In this document: one piece after another, positions 22,865-33,201 of the stretch | Position numbering within the stretch: position 1 is the first letter of the stretch | How the letters are laid out: every line of letters begins with the position of its first letter | Assembly: GCA_000146045.2 (NCBI GenBank) | Contig: BK006943.2 | Span: 416,001 to 480,000 of the forward strand | From: TPA_inf: Saccharomyces | Taxonomy: Eukaryota | Direction: 5' to 3' | Length of the DNA stretch: 64,000 bases | The notes under the pieces: generated by a model | What the model was told of the DNA's origin: nothing | Database searches by the model: none | Seen by the model: the letters and a program-made list of their open reading frames with translations, nothing else | Position numbers and translations under genes: made by a program

Positions 22865-24646
22865 ATGTCAGAACTCTTTGGAGTATTGAAATCTAATGCT
22901 GGCAGAATTATTTTGAAGGACCCCTCCGCCACTTCTAAAGATGTTAAAGCATATATAGATTCAGTTATCAATACCTGTAAGAATGGGAGTATTACAAAGA
23001 AAGCAGAACTGGACGAAATCACTGTTGATGGTTTAGACGCCAATCAAGTTTGGTGGCAGGTCAAACTAGTTCTTGATAGTATTGATGGTGATCTAATTCA
23101 AGGAATTCAAGAACTCAAAGATGTTGTCACGCCTTCTCACAATCTCTCTGATGGTAGCACCCTGAACTCATCATCCGGGGAAGAAAGTGAACTAGAGGAG
23201 GCAGAAAGTGTTTTTAAAGAAAAGCAGATGCTCTCTGCTGATGTTTCTGAGATTGAGGAGCAGAGTAATGATAGTCTTTCCGAGAACGATGAAGAACCTA
23301 GTATGGATGACGAAAAAACCAGTGCAGAGGCAGCTAGAGAAGAATTTGCGGAGGAAAAAAGAATTTCTTCTGGGCAAGATGAAAGGCATTCTTCACCCGA
23401 TCCTTATGGTATCAATGATAAGTTTTTCGATCTCGAAAAGTTCAATAGGGATACTTTAGCTGCAGAAGATTCTAACGAAGCTTCTGAGGGGAGTGAGGAT
23501 GAAGATATAGATTATTTTCAAGATATGCCTTCAGATGACGAGGAGGAGGAGGCTATTTATTATGAAGACTTTTTTGACAAACCCACAAAAGAACCTGTGA
23601 AGAAGCACTCTGACGTAAAAGATCCAAAAGAAGATGAAGAATTGGATGAAGAAGAGCATGATTCTGCCATGGATAAAGTGAAATTAGACTTATTTGCGGA
23701 TGAGGAAGATGAACCGAATGCTGAGGGAGTGGGAGAAGCCAGTGACAAGAACTTATCTAGTTTCGAAAAGCAACAAATAGAGATTAGAAAACAGATAGAA
23801 CAATTGGAAAACGAAGCGGTTGCCGAGAAGAAATGGTCTTTGAAGGGTGAAGTAAAGGCAAAGGATCGTCCCGAAGATGCATTGCTCACTGAGGAACTTG
23901 AATTCGACAGAACTGCAAAGCCTGTTCCTGTTATAACAAGTGAGGTCACAGAATCATTAGAAGATATGATTAGACGAAGGATACAGGACAGTAACTTTGA
24001 CGACCTTCAAAGAAGAACCCTGTTAGACATCACACGTAAGTCTCAACGGCCTCAATTTGAATTGAGTGATGTTAAATCCTCGAAGTCGTTAGCAGAAATA
24101 TATGAGGATGACTACACACGCGCTGAAGATGAATCTGCATTAAGTGAAGAGCTTCAAAAGGCACATTCCGAAATATCAGAACTTTATGCTAACTTGGTAT
24201 ATAAATTGGATGTGCTTTCATCAGTGCACTTCGTTCCTAAGCCAGCAAGTACTTCTTTGGAAATTAGAGTTGAAACACCCACTATATCGATGGAGGATGC
24301 TCAACCTCTCTATATGTCGAATGCCTCTTCTTTGGCTCCTCAAGAGATATACAATGTCGGTAAAGCAGAAAAGGACGGAGAAATTCGCTTGAAGAATGGT
24401 GTTGCAATGTCTAAGGAAGAATTAACCAGAGAAGATAAAAACAGATTGCGCAGGGCTTTGAAAAGAAAAAGATCGAAAGCTAATTTGCCAAATGTAAACA
24501 AAAGATCTAAAAGGAATGATGTTGTTGACACTTTGTCAAAAGCCAAGAATATTACTGTTATCAATCAAAAGGGTGAAAAGAAAGATGTTTCCGGTAAAAC
24601 GAAGAAGAGCAGATCAGGGCCAGATAGCACAAATATAAAACTTTGA
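22865..24646 (+). CDS. MPP10: U3 snoRNP / SSU processome protein Mpp10, 593 aa
   Basis: The track ORF starts at a GTG (22835). The first ATG (22865) gives MSELFGVLKSNAG..., 593 aa, with extended acidic Glu/Asp/Ser tracts. Confidence 0.85.
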   Translation: MSELFGVLKSNAGRIILKDPSATSKDVKAYIDSVINTCKNGSITKKAELDEITVDGLDANQVWWQVKLVLDSIDGDLIQGIQELKDVVTPSHNLSDGSTLNSSSGEESELEEAESVFKEKQMLSADVSEIEEQSNDSLSENDEEPSMDDEKTSAEAAREEFAEEKRISSGQDERHSSPDPYGINDKFFDLEKFNRDTLAAEDSNEASEGSEDEDIDYFQDMPSDDEEEEAIYYEDFFDKPTKEPVKKHSDVKDPKEDEELDEEEHDSAMDKVKLDLFADEEDEPNAEGVGEASDKNLSSFEKQQIEIRKQIEQLENEAVAEKKWSLKGEVKAKDRPEDALLTEELEFDRTAKPVPVITSEVTESLEDMIRRRIQDSNFDDLQRRTLLDITRKSQRPQFELSDVKSSKSLAEIYEDDYTRAEDESALSEELQKAHSEISELYANLVYKLDVLSSVHFVPKPASTSLEIRVETPTISMEDAQPLYMSNASSLAPQEIYNVGKAEKDGEIRLKNGVAMSKEELTREDKNRLRRALKRKRSKANLPNVNKRSKRNDVVDTLSKAKNITVINQKGEKKDVSGKTKKSRSGPDSTNIKL

Positions 24647-24993
24647 ACACGCCGAAGAAGACTTAGTTTGTATTTAGGTAAAAAATTATTTCTTCATAAC
24701 TCTGTTCACCCAGCATTTTTTATGGAATATCGACCTTGTAATGTCATTAACCCCTTAAAGGACCACTTAAAGAAAATGAAGTGCATCATGAAATATTCAT
24801 GACGAGATGCGGAACATATACACTCATAAATACCAGAAGAATGTGCTGAATAATTTTTTGTTGGTAATTGGCTGTCATTTAAAGTATCGTTGAAACAAGA
24901 GGTATTGGAAGATAGCTAATTTTAGTATTATTTATGACGTTCTTTCCTGGATAAATGTAGATGTATATACGTAATAAAATGTTAATTAGTAAG

Positions 24994-26553
24994 TTATATG
25001 CTTTCCATATAATGTTCTATCTTAGTCTGCATAACTTGTTTGCTTGTTTTTGTTTCTAACGCTTCTCCATACTGGGCTAAGAGATTTTTTATTTTTTTTG
25101 CAGCAGTCGGCCCTGATATCAGCTTTTCTCCTAGTGCGCCATCAAAGATGACCCTGGCAAAATCAGCATCATCTCTGGATAAGAATGCTAAAATGAGCGA
25201 TTCAGTTAATACGTCACTTTCAGCAAGATCTGTGTACTTATCTTTCTCTCGTTTAGCAGTAGATATATTAGAATTGTAAATTTTGAGAGATAGATCAATA
25301 TTTGCTTTCGCGTTAGCAACAATTAACACACTTTGAATTTTACTCTCTAGTTTGGAATCAAAGTCTTCTTTAATAAAAGCTTCAGCGTATTGTAGCATTT
25401 TTTCATTACTGCTTTTATAACCCTGGCAGCAGAGCGTTAAAAACGCTTCAAACATTAAGTCGTCCTCATTATTTTTGAATTTTAAGAGATATTCGTCGTA
25501 TAATTTAAAAAATAGAGAAACTTTACCTTTGAAAGCGCCAATTAATCTTAACAGCTTGTGAGCTAATTCGAAATCCTTCTTGTCTATGTTTCTTTTTTGG
25601 ATCTCTAAAAATAATTCTTCGAATGAAGTTGCAGTTTTGCGTACACTCCAATTCGGAAATTCGAGGCTCCAATTATCATGACATTGTGATTTAACAATAT
25701 CTATTTCTTCCTCCAACTTGCTAATAATTTCTTTTTCTTCTTCAGTTTGCTGAATTTTCTCGTTTTCGCCCAGAACAGTTAGACACTTGTGTAGTACTAA
25801 TGGATCAGCTACTATATTATCAAGCGAATAAAAATCATAAAGTTCACAAATTTGGTATTGTGTCATTTCACTGACATACTTATCAAAAAAGCTCAGCGGT
25901 ATTTTATATTTGAGTACAGAACCTAAAACATTGGGAATTCCGTTGTCCACTATGTAAATAAGGATAGGTTCCACGAGCTCTGAAGGCAAATTATAATTTG
26001 AAGAAAAATGGTTGATTAAATAAAGACATCTAACGAGGTCTTGATAAGTCAGACTCTTTTTTCCATCAACCTTTTCTGCCTTGTCAAACTTGATAATTTT
26101 TTCTAAGACCACTTCCATCAGTTCATCAGGAACATTTTCCATTGAGGCCTTGTATTGTGTAAAAAGTTCCCAAGAGCTTTGTACTCTTCCTGGATTATTC
26201 CTAATAATTTGTTTGATGGCGGGAAGTGAAGGTTTTAAATCAAGATCACGCAAATTATTTGAGTGAATTGTTGCAACGCCGTAGTCAAGATCACTTAAGT
26301 TTTCTATCATCATATTGTGTACCATGGCCGCATCCTTTTTAGGAACCTCTAATTTGTTTAAACTTTCGATAACATTCTGCGATAGAGAGTATGGGTCAAT
26401 GGTGGTTATATCTTCAGGCAAATGATGACGAATTGGATCGAAAGAAGGGTGACGTAGAAGCTTTTTGATTATGTTCTTTCTATTTGAATGAGATATGAGA
26501 GAGTAAAACCTCTTGTTAGATAACGTAGCCGCAGAATGAAGAGAGCGTAACAT
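24994..26553 (-). CDS. MRX12: Mitochondrial protein YJR003C (MRX12), 519 aa from the second in-frame ATG. An in-frame ATG 60 nt upstream (26613) would give 539 aa.
   Basis: The long ORF is 24994-26613. The second Met begins MLRSLHSAATLSNKRFYSL, a typical mitochondrial presequence. Confidence 0.7.
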   Translation of the reverse strand: MLRSLHSAATLSNKRFYSLISHSNRKNIIKKLLRHPSFDPIRHHLPEDITTIDPYSLSQNVIESLNKLEVPKKDAAMVHNMMIENLSDLDYGVATIHSNNLRDLDLKPSLPAIKQIIRNNPGRVQSSWELFTQYKASMENVPDELMEVVLEKIIKFDKAEKVDGKKSLTYQDLVRCLYLINHFSSNYNLPSELVEPILIYIVDNGIPNVLGSVLKYKIPLSFFDKYVSEMTQYQICELYDFYSLDNIVADPLVLHKCLTVLGENEKIQQTEEEKEIISKLEEEIDIVKSQCHDNWSLEFPNWSVRKTATSFEELFLEIQKRNIDKKDFELAHKLLRLIGAFKGKVSLFFKLYDEYLLKFKNNEDDLMFEAFLTLCCQGYKSSNEKMLQYAEAFIKEDFDSKLESKIQSVLIVANAKANIDLSLKIYNSNISTAKREKDKYTDLAESDVLTESLILAFLSRDDADFARVIFDGALGEKLISGPTAAKKIKNLLAQYGEALETKTSKQVMQTKIEHYMESI

Positions 26554-26908
26554 TATTGAATGGCGGTTAGCTGTTAAGCATTTGAAAAAGTAGCTCTCAT
26601 CGAACTCTTTCATGGTGATGAAATTTTTTCATCTACTTACTTAATCAGTGGTCTACTGAAACAGCCTTCGGGTAATGAAACGAGCGGTAACGCTCACAAA
26701 TTTTTCTTTTTACGAACAAAATATAAATTTAATACTATGATAAAATCTGCGGTGAGACGGAAAAGGATAAGAACTAGAAAAGTATTATTAGAGTTAAGAT
26801 ATGAACTGTCCATTTAACTATGGTTGAAGAAAAAAAGAGCCAGGATGAAAATTATGAACAATAATTTCGTATATTTCGACTCAATGTACTAACTGTACAG
26901 TACCCGTT

Positions 26909-28861
26909 TTAGAATAGCAGGTACGACAAAAGCAGAAAAATGATCGAACCGAGCTCAGCTGAGAAAAATATAGACGCTTTACCTTCATAGGTTGAAATCA
27001 TGAGAGAAGTTGATGTGAAATTCTGTTGGATACCGGACAATTGGCTTCCTGATGCAGAAGAAGGATATGCGATCAAGGATGACACTAAAAAGGTGTCAAT
27101 TTTCGTTCCCTGAGATGAGACTGCTGTTTCACTAAAAGAATTAAGGCCAACTGAAGATGTTGTCAAAGCCGTGTGCTCAAAGTAACCCGTATTTTTCGTT
27201 TTGATATATGTATTAGATGTTGGCACAGAAGGCGTAAAACTGGTGCTTAGTAATGTTTTGCTTACGGAGAGGGACGATACGAGTGGGGAAGACGTATAAG
27301 ATGAGGGACTGGATGGCTGTTTGCTGCTGCAGAAGGAATTTAAGGAGTTTCTCGTGGCATTTACAAAAGTGGGCTCTTCAGATGGAACAGCAGCAGTATT
27401 CGTGATATTTTCAGTGTGCACATTGACAATTGAAGCATCTGAGGTTTCAAATACTGCTGATGAAGAGATTATTGGTGTGCTGTTGATTGTTGCGAAAGAA
27501 GAGGATGTAAATTGCGAGATGTAAGTATTCATAGCGCCTGTCCATCCAGTTGTTGAGGTTGGAGCGGCTACAACGGTCGAAGCTGTTTCTCTGCTAATGG
27601 TTTCCACATCACTAATCACTTCTGATGTGGTGTGAATATCTGTTCCTACTGTGATATTTGAGTCAGTAGAATAGATACTGGTTTGTGCAATTGTCAGGCT
27701 GGTAGTAGCAGTTGGAGACAGTTTTGTGCTGGTAGTCACCACATGGCTGATCACTTCTGATGTAGTTCGATTGCCTGTTTCTACTGTGGAAATGGATCCA
27801 GTGGAATACGCACTAGTGTTTATACTTGTTAAATCAGTAGTAGTGGTTGAGATAAAAGAGCTTTTGGCGCTAGCTGTACCGAGGTTCCGACCCTGATAAA
27901 CAATAAATTCCCTAGTAGTCGAGAATTGCGTAGCGTACGTAGTATTTGCTATGGTATCAAGGCATGTGTATTGAAATTCTAACGCATGATCTATTGTGTT
28001 TACATTAGCGGGTAGAGATTGTAATGCATTAACCCATAACATTTCCCCATCATATAGTTTTTCGTCAAGTGTAATCCACAGATTACTACCAAAACAAGTG
28101 ACGTCAGCATTGGTATCATTGTAACTTTGCGGGAACCACCAATCATTAAAATCATTGGATGAATAAACCTGAACTGAAGAACAATCCAAATCGACATTGT
28201 TATTGGAACTGTCGTAATCAATCTTCTCAGTACCACCCAGGAAATATCCGTTTGGACAATACATACCCAAATGATAACTTTCAAAAGAACCGTAACCAGT
28301 TGAACGCCCAGAGTGAAAAACATTCTCTGTAAAAGCAGCAGGATCGAAATTCACCACATCTGACATTTGATTACCAAGTTTAACAAGCATTGGCCCAGAT
28401 TTGAAAAACTTAGCGTTTTCTAACTCATATTCATAGCTGGAACCACCATCACTAAAATTTAGCGAAAATGTTATGGATCCATCAATCGTATTATAGGAGG
28501 ACAGGTCATTTTGAGCAGTACATGTGAAAGTAGTATTTTCATACAAGTATGCAGCCTGTTGCGAAACATAGCATTTGAAAGCCTCAGTACCATCCGCTAA
28601 GGAAATAGTAGCTGTTTGCGATGAGTTTAATAGCTTAATCCTATAAACATGTGGCATTGATAATGTGAATTCATCGCCCTCCCTAATGGAAGACGCATCT
28701 GCAATACTAAAATCAAAAGTGGCAGTCCAACCTTGATCAGGTTGTTTATTTGCAGTCAGTGGAGTAATTTCTAAATTGGAAAATGTGATATCGTTGATAT
28801 TTATAGCAGAGGCCAATGCCAAGGAAAAAAGCCACAGAATAATTTTGAGAAAAGTGAACAT
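26909..28861 (-). CDS. SAG1: Alpha-agglutinin, a GPI-anchored cell-wall adhesin, 650 aa
   Basis: 650 aa with an N-terminal signal peptide, a Ser/Thr-rich repetitive stalk and a hydrophobic C-terminal GPI signal. Position matches YJR004C. An alpha-specific P'Q box lies upstream (next feature). Confidence 0.9.
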   Translation of the reverse strand: MFTFLKIILWLFSLALASAININDITFSNLEITPLTANKQPDQGWTATFDFSIADASSIREGDEFTLSMPHVYRIKLLNSSQTATISLADGTEAFKCYVSQQAAYLYENTTFTCTAQNDLSSYNTIDGSITFSLNFSDGGSSYEYELENAKFFKSGPMLVKLGNQMSDVVNFDPAAFTENVFHSGRSTGYGSFESYHLGMYCPNGYFLGGTEKIDYDSSNNNVDLDCSSVQVYSSNDFNDWWFPQSYNDTNADVTCFGSNLWITLDEKLYDGEMLWVNALQSLPANVNTIDHALEFQYTCLDTIANTTYATQFSTTREFIVYQGRNLGTASAKSSFISTTTTDLTSINTSAYSTGSISTVETGNRTTSEVISHVVTTSTKLSPTATTSLTIAQTSIYSTDSNITVGTDIHTTSEVISDVETISRETASTVVAAPTSTTGWTGAMNTYISQFTSSSFATINSTPIISSSAVFETSDASIVNVHTENITNTAAVPSEEPTFVNATRNSLNSFCSSKQPSSPSSYTSSPLVSSLSVSKTLLSTSFTPSVPTSNTYIKTKNTGYFEHTALTTSSVGLNSFSETAVSSQGTKIDTFLVSSLIAYPSSASGSQLSGIQQNFTSTSLMISTYEGKASIFFSAELGSIIFLLLSYLLF

Positions 28862-29195
28862 TTTGAAAACTGGCGAATTGTTGTTCCTTTTGTGCTGACT
28901 ATATTAAGCGAGGCGACTGATATAAGGAAGATATGAGAATGGACGATTACTAGAATAAATAGAGGGCATTTCGCATATTTATAGTATGCTAAAAGGAATC
29001 TTTTTTTGATTCACATGGCTTTTTTTTTAGAAGATTGCATTTCGTTACATGATCAAACAATTCCATTGTAACGTTTTTGGGAATATTTAAGCGCCGTTAC
29101 TGAAGAATGAAGTGACATAAAGCTGCCATTGTATGGTAAAACACCAAAGGCGAGTACCCTTAGCATTTCCTTATCGAGCTGGAGCGGCTTCTACC

Positions 29196-29221
29196 TTCCT
29201 AATTAGGTCATCAATGACCTG
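29196..29221 (+). promoter_or_regulatory. Alpha-specific-gene P'Q element (Mcm1 P-box CCTAATTAGG plus alpha1 Q site TCAATGAC), about 340 bp upstream of the SAG1 ATG
   Basis: TTCCTAATTAGGTCATCAATGACCTG was read directly. The palindromic CC(A/T)6GG is at 29198-29207 and the TCAATG motif lies 4 bp away. Confidence 0.7.
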
Positions 29222-29922
29222 CAAAACAAAGCGAAATGGACAAAGGACCTACACTTGCCTCGTGGCGGGAAACTGCATGTAGTTGTTCAATGTTTCACCA
29301 CTCAGTGTTGAAACTGTTTACTCCATTGAATTGAGGTGACGATGGATAAACTTTCTTTATTTTTTATATTTTTTTATAATTTAATTAACCTAAATTGAGC
29401 CTAACAGAGGAATTTGAAACAACACAATAGAAAACATGAGTTTCAAAAGCTAAATATGGTATTACTATTCATAGTGGTCTTGGTAATGAATAATGCATAT
29501 GTATACTCTTCTTAACGCCTTATCTTATGTAACCATACACTTTTTTAGTAAGGTTTCAATTAAGCTACTATTCTCAATTAAATACTGCTCTGAGCTAGAT
29601 AAGGCCTATTGAAGTTGGAGGATTAGATGGATAGAAATAAGGAACTAAATCGTCAAGTTCGAAAGCCTATTCCCATTCATGCATATCACTTACCTTTCCT
29701 TAATCATGATCTCTTTAGTGCCATCAGAACTATTTTCTTAACATCGCGATTCTGTCTTCCGGGTATCGCTCCAAAAATGTGCGAGGAAATAGGAGATCGT
29801 TCAAATCATCAACTTTTAGTATTGGGTATCAAAGTATCGCAGCCTGGAAACAGAATTAATCTACTGCACAAGAAGGGAATACAGCAAGAACATTCACTTC
29901 ATTAATAGGACGTATTTCGCTT

Positions 29923-32025
29923 ATGTCCGATCAAAAAGTTTTTGCCAGATATAAAGCAAATGAAATCGTCACAGATCTGCAACATTTTGGAGTAAAAAAG
30001 TTTAAATCGAATATAACAAGAAGGAAAAATGCTCTGAGAAAAATTATCGCCAATTTGGTTCTAGGAAACTATGGCGAAATGTCCGTTCTGTTTTCTGAGC
30101 TCTTGAAATTTTGGCAAATTGAAGATGATCTAGAAGTGAAAAGAATTTGCCATGAGTATATTAGGGTGATCGGCGCATTAAAACCTCAGCAGGCCAGAGA
30201 GGCTTTGCCATTTATAATGGACGATTTCAAAAGCAGAGATGAAAAGTTACAAATAATGGCACTAAGAACTCTGGTATTAGTCCCGGTGAAAGAGCTATCT
30301 GATCAGGCCTTCGACTGTATCATTTCATTGGTAAATCACAAGTCTCCACCTGAACAAGTGACGAGGACAGCAATTTACGCACTGTTGGATTTAGATGAAA
30401 TTGATCATGAAAGGGTATTGGGGTTATCAAGCATTCTACATGACATTGTAAAAGCACAGTCGAGCTCTCCAGAAGTCATTGTAGCTGCATTACATACTTT
30501 ATATTCCATTCACGAAAAAAACGCTAACATGGAACCCTTCAGGATTCCCTTGGAACTCGCTTTTGACATGCTAGAGCTTTTACCCGAATTAAATGAGTGG
30601 AATAAGGCTACTGTTTTGGAAGTTTTGACGACTTCGGTTGTGCCGCAGCATTATTTGGATACCCATGAAATGATCGAACTAGCTTTACCGTACCTGCAAC
30701 AAGTAAACACATACGTAGTGTTGAACTCTTTAAAATTCATCATGTACTTGTTGAATTATGTTGACGTCATCAAAGAAACTCTAGCCGAAAAGCTATCTAA
30801 CTCTGTAATAGCTTTGTTAGATAAGCCGCCTGAATTACAATTTTTAGTATTAAGAAACGTTATTCTTCTTTTATTGAGTAGGGAGTCATCTCTACTCAGG
30901 CTAGACATTTCGTATTTTTTCATCGAGTACAATGACCCCATATACATCAAAGACACGAAATTAGAGTGTTTATATCTTTTAGCTAACAAGGAAACATTAC
31001 CAAGAATTCTAGAAGAGTTGGAACAATATGCTACAGATATTGATATTCAAATGTCAAGGAAATCAGTCAGAGCCATTGGTAATCTGGCTGTTAAGCTAGA
31101 TGAAGACTCTGTACACGATTGTGTCGCTGTTCTACTAGATTTGTTAGAATTCGGTGTTGATTATGTCGTCCAGGAGATTATTTCGGTTTTCAGAAATATT
31201 TTGAGGAAATATCCCAATAATTTTAAAGCAAACGTAACAGAACTAGTCAAACACACTGAAGTTGTACAGGAACCTGAATCAAAAAACGCTATGATCTGGA
31301 TAATAACGCAATATTCGGATGTAATTCCAAACTACCTGGAGTTATTTAGAGTTTTTTCCTCAAACATGTTTAGTGAGACGCTAGAAGTGCAATTTTCCAT
31401 TCTGAACTCAGCAATAAAATTCTTCATCAGAAGTCCTACAAAGGAAACTGAAGAACTTTGTATGGATTTATTAAAAGGATGCATCGATCACGAAAATAAT
31501 CCTGACTTAAGAGATAAAACACTGATGTATTGGAGATTGCTGTCATTAACGAAAACGTCTCGTATATCAAACGCGATAACTTTTGAATCTTTAAAATCAG
31601 TACTGGACGGAGAGTTGCCACTAATAGAAATGAACACGAAATTAGATCCCACCGTTTTGGAGGAATTGGAGCTAAACATTGGTACAATAGTATCGATTTA
31701 CTTAAAACCTGTTTCTCATATCTTTAGATTGAATAAAACCAAACTGCTACCACAAAGTCCTATTTTGAATCCAAACAAAGACCTCTTGCCAGTTGTAGGT
31801 AACTCATTTCCTCCAACTGGAGCTAATAGGGACCGTCAAAATTCAGAAAGCCAGTCCTCGACGAAGTCCAGAAAGACTGCTATGATGGATGATTATGATA
31901 AGCCCGCTGAAAAAATTAATCAGTTGAAAGGTAAGCGTAAATCTAGTTCAAACAACCCCTCAAAACTATCACGGAAACCCTCAACTTTATTAAGAAAACT
32001 CTCTATGAAACGGCCCTTTTCGTGA
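29923..32025 (+). CDS. APL1: AP-2 complex beta-adaptin large subunit, 700 aa
   Basis: 700-aa ORF with an HEAT/ARM-like helical repeat composition. Position matches YJR005W. Confidence 0.85.
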   Translation: MSDQKVFARYKANEIVTDLQHFGVKKFKSNITRRKNALRKIIANLVLGNYGEMSVLFSELLKFWQIEDDLEVKRICHEYIRVIGALKPQQAREALPFIMDDFKSRDEKLQIMALRTLVLVPVKELSDQAFDCIISLVNHKSPPEQVTRTAIYALLDLDEIDHERVLGLSSILHDIVKAQSSSPEVIVAALHTLYSIHEKNANMEPFRIPLELAFDMLELLPELNEWNKATVLEVLTTSVVPQHYLDTHEMIELALPYLQQVNTYVVLNSLKFIMYLLNYVDVIKETLAEKLSNSVIALLDKPPELQFLVLRNVILLLLSRESSLLRLDISYFFIEYNDPIYIKDTKLECLYLLANKETLPRILEELEQYATDIDIQMSRKSVRAIGNLAVKLDEDSVHDCVAVLLDLLEFGVDYVVQEIISVFRNILRKYPNNFKANVTELVKHTEVVQEPESKNAMIWIITQYSDVIPNYLELFRVFSSNMFSETLEVQFSILNSAIKFFIRSPTKETEELCMDLLKGCIDHENNPDLRDKTLMYWRLLSLTKTSRISNAITFESLKSVLDGELPLIEMNTKLDPTVLEELELNIGTIVSIYLKPVSHIFRLNKTKLLPQSPILNPNKDLLPVVGNSFPPTGANRDRQNSESQSSTKSRKTAMMDDYDKPAEKINQLKGKRKSSSNNPSKLSRKPSTLLRKLSMKRPFS

Positions 32026-32476
32026 CTGCAAATGATACTAATTCCTGTATTTAAATATACTCATATTTAACGAACAATTATGATGAATGAAAAAACCTGA
32101 TATAATAGACTTAACTAAGCGATCATAAAAAAATTCAAAAAGTTATTTTATAAAACAATTCAGATGTTAAACTAAAGAGTTAATGTAATATATATACAAT
32201 GAACTGCGTCATAAATTCCCATAGTTCAGCTCATGGGACATTATCTACTTATAAAGACGTGGCTTGGCAGCATTTCATATATAAGGCTACTGAATGTAAA
32301 TTTTTCTTCCATTGTCTTTCCCGTGTCCCGAGAACTCAATTCAAGCACTGTTCTTGGGCGTAATAAACCTTCCGGTACTACTAAAATCAGACAAAGGCAG
32401 GAAGCCTCGATTTGACCTTTTAACGGGTAAAGCTCTAAAAGTTGCTCTCTGCTCCATATTCTCGTTTTCCGTCATT

Positions 32477-32758
32477 TCAGTATCTTTTTCCCCTGCCTCC
32501 CTTACCTAAAGCTTCCTCTTCGGCGGCTAGTAATTGGTCTCTTTCCTTTTTGGCTCTTAGCTTCTCTGTCTTTTTTTGTTCCATAATCAGCTTCTTCTGG
32601 TTAGGGGTTCTCGCACCTTCTTCCCACCTCTGAGCTTCTTGAGCTTCTAGTTGTTGTTTCTCTAGTTGGTCCTTTTCGTAAGCTTGCCTACGTTTTCTTG
32701 CTCTTCCTGCTGCCACTTTTTTGGCAGTTTCTGAGTATCTCTTGCCAGTATTATGCAT
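32477..32758 (-). CDS. LSO1: Small basic/coiled-coil protein of 93 aa (YJR005C-A, LSO1)
   Basis: The track ORF starts at a TTG. The first ATG (32758) gives MHNTGKRYSETAKKVAAGRARKRRQ..., 93 aa, highly charged. Confidence 0.55.
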   Translation of the reverse strand: MHNTGKRYSETAKKVAAGRARKRRQAYEKDQLEKQQLEAQEAQRWEEGARTPNQKKLIMEQKKTEKLRAKKERDQLLAAEEEALGKGGRGKRY

Positions 32759-33082
32759 GTTCGCTTCTTCACTATGTTTGGTGGTTTCTAATGACAACTA
32801 TGCGGTTAGCAAACTTCCAAAAGGCGGTTAATAATACGACTACACATTATCCTATATATATATATATATGTACGCAAGTGCTTAGATTGGAAAAAAGGGT
32901 GCAACATTCTCGATTGTTCTATTTCAGCCTGTTGATATCAATCTGTCGTTCAATGCTTTGTGGGTGTGCTTTACCCACTCTTATACAGTAGTTAAGTGGC
33001 AAAAAGGGTGTCAAAGGGAAAGGAAAACCAGAGGAAAAGCAAAATAGCCGCCAATACTAACTCTAGATTTATATCATGTTAT

Positions 33083-33100
33083 ACGATTAATCAGACGCGT
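33083..33100 (+). promoter_or_regulatory. MCB (MluI cell-cycle box) ACGCGT (33095-33100), centred in a perfect 18-bp palindrome AATCAGACGCGTCTGATT, about 100 bp upstream of POL31
   Basis: The palindrome was read directly. MCB elements are typical of G1/S-regulated DNA synthesis genes. Confidence 0.6.
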
Positions 33101-33201
33101 CTGATTAATTTCAAAAGTTAAAATATAAACTATTTTTGAAATCCCATTGCAATAAGCGAACTATAGCTGAATCTTTCCTGCAAAAATGGAAGTGAAGGGC
33201 A

